From assembly GCA_015062385.1 (NCBI GenBank), contig SUUT01000006.1, positions 7,587-71,586 of the forward strand: a DNA stretch of 64,000 bases, written 5' to 3'. Position 1 is the first letter of the stretch. Every line of letters starts with the position of its first letter. This DNA comes from Alphaproteobacteria bacterium (GTDB lineage Bacteria; Pseudomonadota; Alphaproteobacteria; CAAHEQ01; UBA3637). Positions 45,607-55,310 of the stretch are shown in pieces. The translations under genes and the position numbers were made by a program. Under the pieces are notes generated by a model, which was not told the DNA's origin, did not search any database, and saw only the letters and a program-made list of their open reading frames with translations.

Positions 45607-45648
45607 AAATAACGACAGTCAGTCATGGTTGTCGTTATTTTTTTTATT
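45607..45648 (+). terminator. rho-independent terminator after pyrG
   Basis: aaataacgaca-(12 nt)-tgtcgttattt is followed by a T-run. Confidence 0.8.
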
Positions 45649-45712
45649 TTTAGTATGAGGTGTAAAAAATACTTTACTTTTTCTTTTTGTTTTGCATAAT
45701 GGAGAAAAGGGA

Positions 45713-46180
45713 ATGAAGAAAATGATTTATTGTGATTTAGATGGTGTATTGGCTGATTTTAACGGAACATTTAAACGATTAACGGGATGTCATCCCAGAG
45801 AGTTGGAACGTCCGCAATTGTGGCAAATTGTAAAAGGTATGCCTTTATATTGGGGAATATTGGATATGATGCCTGATGCAACGGATTTAATTTCATTTTT
45901 AAATACACACTCCTATCAAATTTTAACCGGTTTGCCGGTGGATGGTTATCAAAAGGCGGAAAAGGAAAAACGGGAATGGGTGGAAAAATACATTCATCCG
46001 GATTTGCCTGTTATTTGTTGTTTAAGTAAGGATAAAGCCGTTTATTGTAATAAGGGGGATATTTTAATTGATGATTATCAACCGAACATTACCCGTTGGG
46101 AAAAAGCAGGTGGTATCGGTATTTTACATAAGGATGCACAAACAACAATCGCCCGTTTGAATGAATTGGGTTTTAAGTGA
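45713..46180 (+). CDS. HAD-superfamily 5'(3')-deoxyribonucleotidase-like protein
   Basis: It has HAD motif I (IYCDLDGVLADF), a later LIDD motif and a small size. The start is behind ggagaaaaggg. Confidence 0.6.
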   Translation: MKKMIYCDLDGVLADFNGTFKRLTGCHPRELERPQLWQIVKGMPLYWGILDMMPDATDLISFLNTHSYQILTGLPVDGYQKAEKEKREWVEKYIHPDLPVICCLSKDKAVYCNKGDILIDDYQPNITRWEKAGGIGILHKDAQTTIARLNELGFK

Positions 46181-46265
46181 GTGTTAAATTTATCGGGATT
46201 TTTCTTGATTTTTAAAAACCTTCTTTTTATACTAATTAAAGAATTTAATAAAAGGAGAATAAGTG

Positions 46266-47213
46266 ATGCGTAAACATAAATATATGGATGAAATCGATGA
46301 ATTGGGTAATCGGGAAGGCGTTGCGGATGAAACACCGACAAAAGGACATTCTACCCGTAAATTATTGAGAATGACATCTATTGTTGCTTTAAGTGTTTTA
46401 TGTATAACAGGTGGTGTTTTAATTCATCAGCTGAATCATGAAAAAAACAAGCAACACATGGAACGAACGCCGATTAATCATATGATTGCAAAAAAAATGC
46501 CGTTAATTAAAAAAGAGCCCATCCCTTCTTTTCCAGTGCCGGAAACAATGACAGATTCTCCCTTGTTGCCTGCAACTGCATCTGAACCAATCATTTCTTA
46601 TAAACCCGAACCGGTACGCATTATCCCAAACGAAACGAACGTATCTGATGTGACAGAAAACAGTGTTGAAAATCAACAAATTGTTGTTTCTTCATCTGCC
46701 GATTCCGGTTATACAATGCGTCAGGCATTGATGTTTAAAGACAGATTTTTAACAGGGTCTTCCTGTTATACGGATTATCAGGCATTAATGCGAATTGCGA
46801 ATAAAACACCGCAAATGAAAGAAGTTTTGAATAATTTATCGCCGTATTGTCTGCGTTTGATTCCGGCCAATGAATCGGTTAAGAATGCATTTTTAAAAAA
46901 CAAAAGACAAGCTTTGGTTGCAATGTATCAGGCTAAAAGTCCGTTATGGTTATCATATTTAAAAACGGTTTTGGTTTATTTAGTTGAAATTCGTAAATTA
47001 AATCCGACAACCTCCCGTCCGAAAGATTTGTTGTATAAAGTTCAAAATGAAATTTATCAAAATAATATTACCCAAGCAGACAAATTAGCTAAACAGTTGC
47101 CGATACATATGCAAAGGGCATTACCTGATTTCTTTCGGGAAGCTGAAATTTATTTGCGGGCGGAAGAAAGTTTAAATAAATTGATTTTGTCTTTTGGAAA
47201 AGAAGGAAAGTAA
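46266..47213 (+). CDS. alphaproteobacterial Mic60 (mitofilin)-like membrane protein
   Basis: It has an N-terminal TM helix (IVALSVLCITGGVLI) and a C-terminal block LVEIRKLNP...DLLYKVQNEIYQNNITQADKLAKQLP...FFREAEIYLRAEESLNKL of the mitofilin-domain type. It lies immediately upstream of a HemY-like gene. Confidence 0.45.
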   Translation: MRKHKYMDEIDELGNREGVADETPTKGHSTRKLLRMTSIVALSVLCITGGVLIHQLNHEKNKQHMERTPINHMIAKKMPLIKKEPIPSFPVPETMTDSPLLPATASEPIISYKPEPVRIIPNETNVSDVTENSVENQQIVVSSSADSGYTMRQALMFKDRFLTGSSCYTDYQALMRIANKTPQMKEVLNNLSPYCLRLIPANESVKNAFLKNKRQALVAMYQAKSPLWLSYLKTVLVYLVEIRKLNPTTSRPKDLLYKVQNEIYQNNITQADKLAKQLPIHMQRALPDFFREAEIYLRAEESLNKLILSFGKEGK

Positions 47214-47216
47214 CTC

Positions 47217-48401
47217 ATGTTAAAGTTAATTATATTTATAGTCTCCTTAATTTTAATCGGTTTTTTGATTGTACATGATAATTGGATGATGACGTTTTCC
47301 GGTTTTGGATATGAAATTACCATTTCAACTATTTTATTTGGGGCTCTGGTTATTTTGTTATTTTACGGTGTTCATTTGGTTAAAAAGCCGTTTATGTGGT
47401 TAAGTGGCGTTCGTTCAAAAATGAATGTGAGCTATTATGCCAAAAGGGAAGCCTATTTGGCACGGGTATTGCACGCTGTTTTGGCAAATGATACAGATAA
47501 TATCCAATCTTTAATGAAACAAAAGAAGTCCCTTTTTTCAAAACAGGATAAAAAACATTTGCTTGTTGCAGGATTAATTGCTCCGCATACGGATATTTTT
47601 GAAGAAATGAGTAAAAATCCCGAAACGGAATTAGCCGGATTGAGAGGACTGTATTTGGAAGCTCAAAAGAAAGGTGATGTGAAAGAACAGGATAAAATTT
47701 TGCAAAAAGCCATTGAAAATTATCCGCATGTCCATTGGGTTATACAGGCACAATTTGATTTGCAAATTCTTCAGAACGATTGGGAGGAAGCATTAAAAAC
47801 ATTGGATATCTTGAAAAAACATCAGTTAATAACAAAAGAGGCTTATACAAAAGGGAAAGCGGGATTATTATTTAAAACCGGTCATTATGCCGAAGCTTAT
47901 GCCTTAGATAAAACCAATCCGCAATTTGCTATATCGGCGGCACAAGTCAATCCGAAAAAAGCGGCGGATATTTTATTGGATAGCTGGCGGATAACACCTG
48001 CAAAAGAAGTATATACAGCTTATATGGACGTATTTAAAAACGAAACTGCCGTCAAGCAAATGAAAGCCGTTAAAAAACTGATTTCAAACAATCCGACTGG
48101 TAGGCAGGCTTTGTTGGCACTGGCTGATACAGCTATTCGATTAGAATTGTGGCAAGAAGCGAAGGAAACATTGCAGGTTTATATGGCAAGTTATCCGTTA
48201 ACGAAGGAAGTTGCTGAATTAATGGCTACGGTAATTCGGGAAGGGTGGCATCATCCGGAAGAAGCTCGAGAATGGGAACAAAAAGCAACGGAAAGTGAAG
48301 ATAATAGTGGTTGGCTATGTGGTAAATGCGGTCAAAAAACGTACGAATGGCAAGTGACTTGTCCGCATTGTCAGACATTTGATTCGATTTTGTATCGTTA
48401 A
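47217..48401 (+). CDS. HemY-like TPR membrane protein with C-terminal zinc ribbon
   Basis: It has two N-terminal TM helices (HemY_N type) and TPR-like helices. It ends in CGKCGQKTYEWQVTCPHCQ. Confidence 0.65.
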   Translation: MLKLIIFIVSLILIGFLIVHDNWMMTFSGFGYEITISTILFGALVILLFYGVHLVKKPFMWLSGVRSKMNVSYYAKREAYLARVLHAVLANDTDNIQSLMKQKKSLFSKQDKKHLLVAGLIAPHTDIFEEMSKNPETELAGLRGLYLEAQKKGDVKEQDKILQKAIENYPHVHWVIQAQFDLQILQNDWEEALKTLDILKKHQLITKEAYTKGKAGLLFKTGHYAEAYALDKTNPQFAISAAQVNPKKAADILLDSWRITPAKEVYTAYMDVFKNETAVKQMKAVKKLISNNPTGRQALLALADTAIRLELWQEAKETLQVYMASYPLTKEVAELMATVIREGWHHPEEAREWEQKATESEDNSGWLCGKCGQKTYEWQVTCPHCQTFDSILYR

Positions 48402-48423
48402 CAGCTGATATCAAATATTAATG

Positions 48424-48458
48424 CAACCTCGTAAAGTGATACGGGGTTGTCTTTTTTT
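48424..48458 (+). terminator. rho-independent terminator
   Basis: caacctcg-(10 nt)-cggggttg is followed by tcttttttt. Confidence 0.8.
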
Positions 48459-48468
48459 ATTATTATCG

Positions 48469-48530
48469 TTATGCCGGATTTAGTCTGATTTTTAAGCCTG
48501 TCGTCATGCCTGATTCAGTCCGGTATCTTG
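48469..48530. repeat. partial REP/MITE-like end units
   Basis: atgccggatttagtc and cgtcatgcctgattcagtccgg match the terminal hairpin modules of the 8244-8572 units. Related half-units occur at 41884-41935. Confidence 0.55.
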
Positions 48531-48600
48531 GGTAGATGTAGCATAACCGATTTGAATTTTTTATGATTACAACGTAGGTAAGAGATTTCTGTTGTTTGTG

Positions 48601-48756
48601 TCTGTACAAAAAGGTACGATTAATTGCAACACTTTTTTTCACATTTTTGAATTTTTTTTAATTTTGAATAACATATTCAACTAAAACAATAATTTTGCAT
48701 TTTATCAAAAATTTAATTTTGCTGATTCGAATAGGGAAAAAAAGGTACCTTTTTTT
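48601..48756 (+). promoter_or_regulatory. conserved upstream element, copy C
   Basis: tctgtacaaaaaggtacgattaattgcaacactttttttcacatttttgaa-T8-aattttgaataac...gattcgaatagggaaaaaaaggtaccttttttt. The 20-bp perfect palindrome lies at 48737-48756 and is followed by tataat. Confidence 0.75.
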
Positions 48757-48798
48757 ATAATATGTTTTATAAGAATCATTTTATAAAAGGGGAAAGAT

Positions 48799-50019
48799 AT
48801 GAAAATTAAAATTAATGAATTCGGTCGTAGCATGGTGGAAATGCTAGGTGTACTTGCCGTTATCGGGGTATTAAGTGTTGCCGGTATTATGGGATATAAG
48901 TATGGTATGATGAAATATCGGGTCAATGAAACTGTGAATGAACTCAACATTATGGCAAACACATATGGTGTTCAAATGCAACAGATGACAGAAGAACAGA
49001 CAATGCCGACAAACGGAGAATTACTGAGTGAAGAAGGGGCAACGACTCGTATGGGCTATGGATATGAAGTGCTGGGTTTTGATAATCATTTTGAAATAGC
49101 CTTATTGAATATCCCGACAGAAGAATGTGAACAACTCCAAAAAACAGGGTGGGCTATGCCGTATGATATACAAGTTGCAGAAGTGACAGCAGAAAACTGT
49201 GGCGAAATTGTATATTATATCAACAATGATTTAAGCGGATTTGCTCCGGAAACAGATAGTTCAGATGAAGATGATACAGATGAGGAAGAATCTCCGCTTG
49301 ATTGTGGTTTATATGGAACATTGATTGATAATACTTGTCAATGCGATGATGGATATACGGGAAATACATGTAATCGATGTGATACATCAAAAGGGTATAA
49401 GAAACAAGATTCTAATGGTAAATGTTATCAGGATTGTCAAATAACAAACAGTTGTACAAATGAAAATTATTGCAATGGAAATGCATTTCATACGGTAATT
49501 GGAGGCGATGGTCTTTTTTATTGTAAGCATTGCAAAGATGGGTATTGGGGAACACATTGTGAAAATTATGATCCTTCAGGCGATGCTTGTAATGGTCAAA
49601 GTAAAAGTTATGGTTGGATGAATTCTAATGTTGTAAATGGATGTGCTTGTGATAATAATCATTGGGGAGATCATTGTGAATATTTAAAATCAGAAAAGCC
49701 TGAATGTCATGGTCACGGAACAGTATATGGTTATGGACATTGTACTTGTGATGAAGGTTATTCCGGAGAATATTGTGAAAAGGAAGAACCAGCTGTTGAA
49801 TGTGGTATTACACTGGATTCTTATGGTTCTAAAAGTGGGTATATGATATATGAAAATGGTACAGCCTATTGTCAATGTGTCAATGGTTATACCGGTTCAG
49901 ATTGTAAAACTCCGCCAACCCAAGAATGCAAAAATGGTTATTGGGCTTATTATGAGGAAAATCCGACATGCGTTTGTTATAGTGGATGGTCCGGACCTGA
50001 TTGTAATACTCGGAATTAA
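48799..50019 (+). CDS. type IV pilin-like N-terminus fused to EGF-like repeat protein (406 aa)
   Basis: The N-terminus is MKIKINEFG|RSMVEMLGVLAVIGVLSVAG. Repeats CQCDDGYTGNTC, CTCDEGYSGEYC, CQCVNGYTGSDC and CVCYSGWSGPDC fit the EGF-like C-x-C-x2-G-[FYW]-x4-C pattern. Confidence 0.85.
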   Translation: MKIKINEFGRSMVEMLGVLAVIGVLSVAGIMGYKYGMMKYRVNETVNELNIMANTYGVQMQQMTEEQTMPTNGELLSEEGATTRMGYGYEVLGFDNHFEIALLNIPTEECEQLQKTGWAMPYDIQVAEVTAENCGEIVYYINNDLSGFAPETDSSDEDDTDEEESPLDCGLYGTLIDNTCQCDDGYTGNTCNRCDTSKGYKKQDSNGKCYQDCQITNSCTNENYCNGNAFHTVIGGDGLFYCKHCKDGYWGTHCENYDPSGDACNGQSKSYGWMNSNVVNGCACDNNHWGDHCEYLKSEKPECHGHGTVYGYGHCTCDEGYSGEYCEKEEPAVECGITLDSYGSKSGYMIYENGTAYCQCVNGYTGSDCKTPPTQECKNGYWAYYEENPTCVCYSGWSGPDCNTRN

Positions 50020-50031
50020 TACCTAAATGCT

Positions 50032-50057
50032 AGCCTGTTGTTGAAAAATAACAGGCT
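50032..50057. terminator. bidirectional terminator between convergent genes
   Basis: agcctgtt-gttgaaaaat-aacaggct. Confidence 0.65.
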
Positions 50058-50084
50058 GAGTTCTTTTAACAATATCAAAACAGG

Positions 50085-53015
50085 TTAATGGGCTTCTTTC
50101 CAGTTGTCACCAGATTGAACTTCGGCAATCAGCGGAATGGAAAGACGAGTGGCATTTTCCATTGTTTGTTTTATCAATTCCATTGCTTGTGGAACATCGT
50201 TTTCTTTAACTTCAAACACCAATTCATCATGTACTTGCAATAATAATCGGGCATCTAAATTTGATTTTTTAAGTGCTTTATCAACATCAATCATTGCCCG
50301 TTTTATAATATCGGCAGCTCCGCCTTGAATAGGGGCATTAATGCCGGCCCGAACCGCAAAACTTTTTGTTTTTGGTACATTATATCCTTGAATAAAACAT
50401 TTACGTCCCATATGTGTTTTCACATAACCGTTTGTTAAAACCTGTTCGGTCATATTATCCATATATGTTTTTATTTCCGGATAATGCTCAAAATAAGTAT
50501 TAATATATTCTTTTGCTTCTTTTTGTCCAATTCCTAATTGGCGAGCCAATCCAAATCCCGATATGCCGTAAATTAAACCAAAATTAATGGCTTTTGCCCG
50601 TCGACGTAAATCCGCATCAACTAAATGAAGGGGTTGTCCGAAAATTTGTGAGGCAGTTCGGGCGTGAATATCTTCATTTTTTAAAAATGATTCTTTGAGT
50701 TGAGCGACATTTGCAACATCAGCCATTAAACGCAATTCAATTTGTGAATAATCGGCACAAACAAGTTTATACCCTCGTTTCGCAATAAAAGATTTTCGAA
50801 TTTCTTTTCCGGCACTTGTCCGAATGGGAATGTTTTGTAGATTAGGATCAACGGATGATAATCGTCCCGTATTGGTAATTGTTTGCAAAAAGGTTGTATG
50901 AACCCGATTATTTTCATCTGCTTGGGCTGTTAAAGCATCAATATAGGTTGATTTTAGTTTGCCGTATAATCTGTATTCTAATATTTTTTGTGCAATCAGA
51001 TGACCATCTTCTGCCAAAGCCGTCAATGTTTTAACATCGGTTGCATATGTGCCCGAGGCTGTTTTTTTGCCGGCACTTAATTCCAATTTATCAAAAAGAA
51101 TATGGCTGACTTGTGCCGGAGAATTAATATTGAAAACTTCACCGGCAAGTTCATAAATTTGATTCATTAAGTGATCTAGTTCTTGAGTGAACAGTTCACG
51201 CAAATGGGATAAGTGGTTTTTGTCAATTAAAATGCCAGTTTTTTCCATTTCAAACAAAATCGGAATAAGTGGTAAATCCAAGGTGTGATAAATAATTTCG
51301 GCTGTTGAGTTTTGCATTTGCACGGCAAGAAGATTGTGTATTTGGATAGTGGCAGATACTTCTTGCATGCAAACAGGAGCTTTTGTTTCCAGTTCAATTG
51401 TTTCGAAACGGACTTTATTTTTGCCGGATCCAAGTAAGGCAGATATGTTTATAGAACAATCATTTAAATAGTGTAAACGCATATCGGATAAAGTGTGTGT
51501 GACATTTGAGCCGTTTAAAACATAACTTTCAAGCATAATATCGTGAAAGTTATTTAAACAAATATTTTTCATGCCTTGTTTGCTGAGTTGATGACATAAA
51601 GACTTTAAATCACAACCGATTGTTAATACGGATTTATCAGATAACCAATTTTGTACATAATTGAGGGCGACTGAACGGGAAATACCGTTTGATTCAGTGT
51701 TTTGGAACGAAAATAAATCCAGCGGTTTTTCTGCTTCGGCATGAGTTAAGGGTACATAAAATGCGTTTTTTTCATCTACTGCAATGGCTAAACCATCCGA
51801 AGGCGAATTTGGTTTGTCATTATCACACGGATAAAGTAAAATAGCACATTTTTTTGTTTTCTGAATCCGTTGAATGAGAGTATTAAATTCCGATTGCGTT
51901 TTGATAATGGTATATTCTTTATCTTTATTTACCATGCTTTTGAGTGTGTTCGAAGCAGAATCTTTTGAAGATTCAGAATAAAACGCAGGGCTTTTTTCCG
52001 AAATGATACCGGAAAAGACTGTATCGGATTCAGATGACAGACAGTTTTCGGGTGTTTGAAATAGCACTTTTTCTGTTTCATCCGGTTGTTTTGTACAAGC
52101 TATTTCACAAACGGATTTCTCCTCACTTGTTGAATCTGAACCGTATTTTGCACACCAGTGTTGCATTTTGGGAAGAAGACTTTTAAACTCGTTTTGAATA
52201 AGAAAATCCATAACGATTTGTGTTTGAACAGGTTTTGCTTTGAATTGTTCTAAATCCGGTTGAACGGGTGCATATTCATTTAATAAAACTAATTGTTTGG
52301 AAATAAAAACCTTTTCTTTATCCCTTTCCAATCCCTCTTTACGTTTGGGGCTTTTGATTTCATCCAAGTGTTGATATAAATTTTCAACGGAATTAAATTG
52401 ATTGATTAATTCTGCCGCTGTTTTGGGTCCGATACCGCTTGCACCGGGGACATTATCTGTTGAATCGCCCATTAAAGCCTGAACATCAACAACTTTATCC
52501 GGTGTGACACCAAATTTTTTTAACACATCTTCATTTGTCAGTTCTTTCTTTTTCATTGGGTCGTATAAGGAAACATTATCCCGCATTAATTGCATTAAAT
52601 CTTTATCGGCCGAAATAACACGGGCTTTAAATCCGTTTTCTACGGCTAAGCGGGCATAAGTAGCAATCAGATCGTCTGCCTCATATCCTTCCATTTCCAA
52701 ATAAGGAACGTTTAATGCCGTACAAACGGCTCGTATCAGAGGAAATTGCGGAATTAATTCCGGTGGTGTTTCTTTTCGGGTTGCTTTGTATTCCGGAAAA
52801 ATATCGTTCCGAAAATTTTTGCGTTTGGCATCAAATACAACAACAATATGCGAACAACGATTGGTATCAATCAGTTGTGTTAACATATTAAAAAAACCGT
52901 ACACCGCATTAACAGGAGTTCCGTCACTGTGGCGGGTCATTGGGGGCAGGGCATAAAAAGCACGAAAAATATATCCTGAACCGTCAACCAAACAAATTGT
53001 TTGTTGCGTGTTCAT
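50085..53015 (-). CDS. polA: DNA polymerase I
   Basis: It has a 5' nuclease N-terminus (LVDGSGYIFRAFYA), a 3'-5' exonuclease-like middle, and polymerase motifs DYSQIELRLMA and QVHDELVFEV. A low-complexity insert follows the 5' nuclease domain. Confidence 0.95.
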   Translation of the reverse strand: MNTQQTICLVDGSGYIFRAFYALPPMTRHSDGTPVNAVYGFFNMLTQLIDTNRCSHIVVVFDAKRKNFRNDIFPEYKATRKETPPELIPQFPLIRAVCTALNVPYLEMEGYEADDLIATYARLAVENGFKARVISADKDLMQLMRDNVSLYDPMKKKELTNEDVLKKFGVTPDKVVDVQALMGDSTDNVPGASGIGPKTAAELINQFNSVENLYQHLDEIKSPKRKEGLERDKEKVFISKQLVLLNEYAPVQPDLEQFKAKPVQTQIVMDFLIQNEFKSLLPKMQHWCAKYGSDSTSEEKSVCEIACTKQPDETEKVLFQTPENCLSSESDTVFSGIISEKSPAFYSESSKDSASNTLKSMVNKDKEYTIIKTQSEFNTLIQRIQKTKKCAILLYPCDNDKPNSPSDGLAIAVDEKNAFYVPLTHAEAEKPLDLFSFQNTESNGISRSVALNYVQNWLSDKSVLTIGCDLKSLCHQLSKQGMKNICLNNFHDIMLESYVLNGSNVTHTLSDMRLHYLNDCSINISALLGSGKNKVRFETIELETKAPVCMQEVSATIQIHNLLAVQMQNSTAEIIYHTLDLPLIPILFEMEKTGILIDKNHLSHLRELFTQELDHLMNQIYELAGEVFNINSPAQVSHILFDKLELSAGKKTASGTYATDVKTLTALAEDGHLIAQKILEYRLYGKLKSTYIDALTAQADENNRVHTTFLQTITNTGRLSSVDPNLQNIPIRTSAGKEIRKSFIAKRGYKLVCADYSQIELRLMADVANVAQLKESFLKNEDIHARTASQIFGQPLHLVDADLRRRAKAINFGLIYGISGFGLARQLGIGQKEAKEYINTYFEHYPEIKTYMDNMTEQVLTNGYVKTHMGRKCFIQGYNVPKTKSFAVRAGINAPIQGGAADIIKRAMIDVDKALKKSNLDARLLLQVHDELVFEVKENDVPQAMELIKQTMENATRLSIPLIAEVQSGDNWKEAH

Positions 53016-53018
53016 TTG

Positions 53019-53816
53019 TTATTTTCCTTTTTTTTCGGTTGAACCGACTTTTTTTGATGTTTCTTTTGTCGTTGATTTTATCGGTTTTGTTGAAACGGGT
53101 TTTGCCGTTGCTTTTTCAGCCGATTTTTTCGGCGCTTTTGGATTTGGTTTTGCCGGTGTTTTGACCGGTGTTTTCGGTTTAGGTTTGATTGGAGCCTTCG
53201 ATACAGATTTTGCAACTGTTTTTGCTTCTGTGTTTTCCGTTGTCTTTACCTGTTTTTTTTGCTTTTCAGTCGATTTATCCGTTTTAGCCGGATTTTTTGA
53301 AACGGCAACCGGTATTTGTTCGGTATTTAAAGCCTGTTCTTTGCTGTTTTCATTGTTTTTCATAGAGGTTGTTTCTTGAGCATCTTCCGGCAATACATTT
53401 ACCAGTTTTGATGGATCAATCGTGTTTTTTGCGTTTTGCATGGTTAATTCTTTAAGAGAAGTATATGCTTTTTTGCAATGCTCGGCACAATAGGGTTTTC
53501 CGGTTTTAACTTCTTTACCGCAAAAATGAAAATCCGAATGATCCGGTTCGCCAATCGGCCAACGACAAGAATTGATTTTTAAATCAACCAAACGAACCCA
53601 TTCCATACGCATTTTGGCCTGCTTGGACATACGGGCTTCTTTTCTCAGTCGTCTCATTGGGGATTCGCGATTATTTAATCCCAACCGGTGTGCTTTGCCG
53701 ACAACGGCATTTTTGGAAATACCCAATTCTTTGCCGATTTCAATCGTGCTTTTACCTCTGTCCCATAATTTTTTTAATGTTCTGATGGCTTCCGGTGTCC
53801 AAAACATAGCAGACAT
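53019..53816 (-). CDS. gcrA: GcrA cell-cycle regulator with ~150-aa Lys/Pro/Thr-rich C-terminal extension
   Basis: The start is taken at MSAMFWTPE, behind aaggag. The N-terminus is WTPEAIRTLKKLWDRGKSTIEIGKELGISKNAVVGKAHRLGL. The conserved CRWPIGEPDHSDFHFCGKEVKTGKPYCAEHCKKAYT box is present. The tail reads KAPIKPKPKTPVKTPAKPNPKAPKKSAEKATAKP. Confidence 0.85.
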   Translation of the reverse strand: MSAMFWTPEAIRTLKKLWDRGKSTIEIGKELGISKNAVVGKAHRLGLNNRESPMRRLRKEARMSKQAKMRMEWVRLVDLKINSCRWPIGEPDHSDFHFCGKEVKTGKPYCAEHCKKAYTSLKELTMQNAKNTIDPSKLVNVLPEDAQETTSMKNNENSKEQALNTEQIPVAVSKNPAKTDKSTEKQKKQVKTTENTEAKTVAKSVSKAPIKPKPKTPVKTPAKPNPKAPKKSAEKATAKPVSTKPIKSTTKETSKKVGSTEKKGK

Positions 53817-54044
53817 TCTTGATAACTCCTTTATTGAATGAAACATAATTATTAAAAAAATATACCTTTTTGTGTCGATAGTCAAGTAAAATCAGTAATC
53901 TGATAATTAAAAATGCCAGTTTTTCCATTTAAATTATTACACAAAAAAGATATTTTATCTTGGGCAATCAGAAATTTGCCATTTGTAATTATTTGTTTTA
54001 TTTTCGAATAATTATTTGTTGTCTTTTTATGTATAAAGAAAGGA

Positions 54045-55187
54045 TTAATCTAATGAAATCGGCAATCCGATAACAATGTACAAGTCATTTGTCCACATAG
54101 ATTGCCATTCTTTACCGTTTTTAAGCATATAAATAGCATCGCCCGGTGCAGCATTATACATTTCATTATACATTTGAATGGAAAGTAATTTTTCCCCTTT
54201 TTTAATTGGATAATCTCGTCGCATTTGATATAAAACCATTGCTTGCGTTAATTCCATTTGTGAAACACGATAGGCCTTTAAAGCGGTATCCGTTTTTGTG
54301 ATAAATTCTTCTTCGTTTTGCCAGCCGTGGTCTTTTAAAAATTGTGTAAAACCAATACGTCCCTTTGTTTGCTTTAAATTTTTTACCCATTCACGAATAG
54401 GGTGAACCATCATTATTTTTAAATTATCTTCGGTAATAAAATCCCGCAGTTGACTAGGTAATTCTTTATCTGTTTTAAAGACATAAATTGGCAAATCGGC
54501 AAGTGTTGCTGAAATTCGGGCTAAATCACCGTCTTTAAAAATGGTTTTGTTATAATTTTTGCGTGTTTCTTCGGATAGTTGATAAGAATCTCGCAGTGAT
54601 TTAACTTTGTAATTGAGATTGGGTTTAGAGTCTTCTATTTCCAATAACGGTAAATCATTTAAATTTGGCATTGTAATGATTTTTTCAAGCGTTTGTCTTT
54701 CTGTTGTCCGTTTCCATTTGTCCGGATCCAAGTGCGGATAGAAGTATGCCGGTAAAGCATCTAAATGTTTTTCGGCAAATTCTTTTAATTGAGGCGGTAA
54801 AACAGTTGGTTTCTTGCCTTTCCAGATAATAATTTCCGGATGGGAGGTAATTTTATGTGGTAATATAATTAATTCATGAACAGCCGGAAAATAATATTGC
54901 CTTTTTTCTTCCGGAATAGTTAACAGTTTATCCAGTACATAATCAGCTGATGTAAAATAATCTTTGTTTGCATCAAACACTTCCTGTACTTCCCGTAAGG
55001 ATAATTCATTATGCGGATCAAAATGAATTGGATTGAATGACTGTGCTTGTGCGGAAACAAATGAAAAACCGATAACTGATACGGTCATTGTTAAAAAAGC
55101 AATCCGATGGCGAAAATGTAAAACCGGCATCTTTTTAAATAACAGACGTATCTTGCTTTGAAATGGCGTTGTTATCGGTTTGTTCAT
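54045..55187 (-). CDS. hypothetical exported protein (380 aa)
   Basis: It has a signal/anchor (IAFLTMTVSVIGFSFVSAQA). No family was recognised. Confidence 0.5.
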   Translation of the reverse strand: MNKPITTPFQSKIRLLFKKMPVLHFRHRIAFLTMTVSVIGFSFVSAQAQSFNPIHFDPHNELSLREVQEVFDANKDYFTSADYVLDKLLTIPEEKRQYYFPAVHELIILPHKITSHPEIIIWKGKKPTVLPPQLKEFAEKHLDALPAYFYPHLDPDKWKRTTERQTLEKIITMPNLNDLPLLEIEDSKPNLNYKVKSLRDSYQLSEETRKNYNKTIFKDGDLARISATLADLPIYVFKTDKELPSQLRDFITEDNLKIMMVHPIREWVKNLKQTKGRIGFTQFLKDHGWQNEEEFITKTDTALKAYRVSQMELTQAMVLYQMRRDYPIKKGEKLLSIQMYNEMYNAAPGDAIYMLKNGKEWQSMWTNDLYIVIGLPISLD

Positions 55188-55310
55188 GTTGACTCCCTTT
55201 GTTGTTTTTCTTTATTAATAAATTATTTTGAAAACATTTGTCAATCAGTAAAATTACTTTAACCTGATAAATGTAAGTGTTAAATTTTTATCTTTGTTTG
55301 TATTTTTTTA

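Noticed and set aside
53008-53379. 123-aa plus-strand ORF opposite the GcrA tail.
   Set aside because: It is the mirror image of the Lys/Pro-rich tail codons (a Phe/Gly/Val-rich product) and has no start context.
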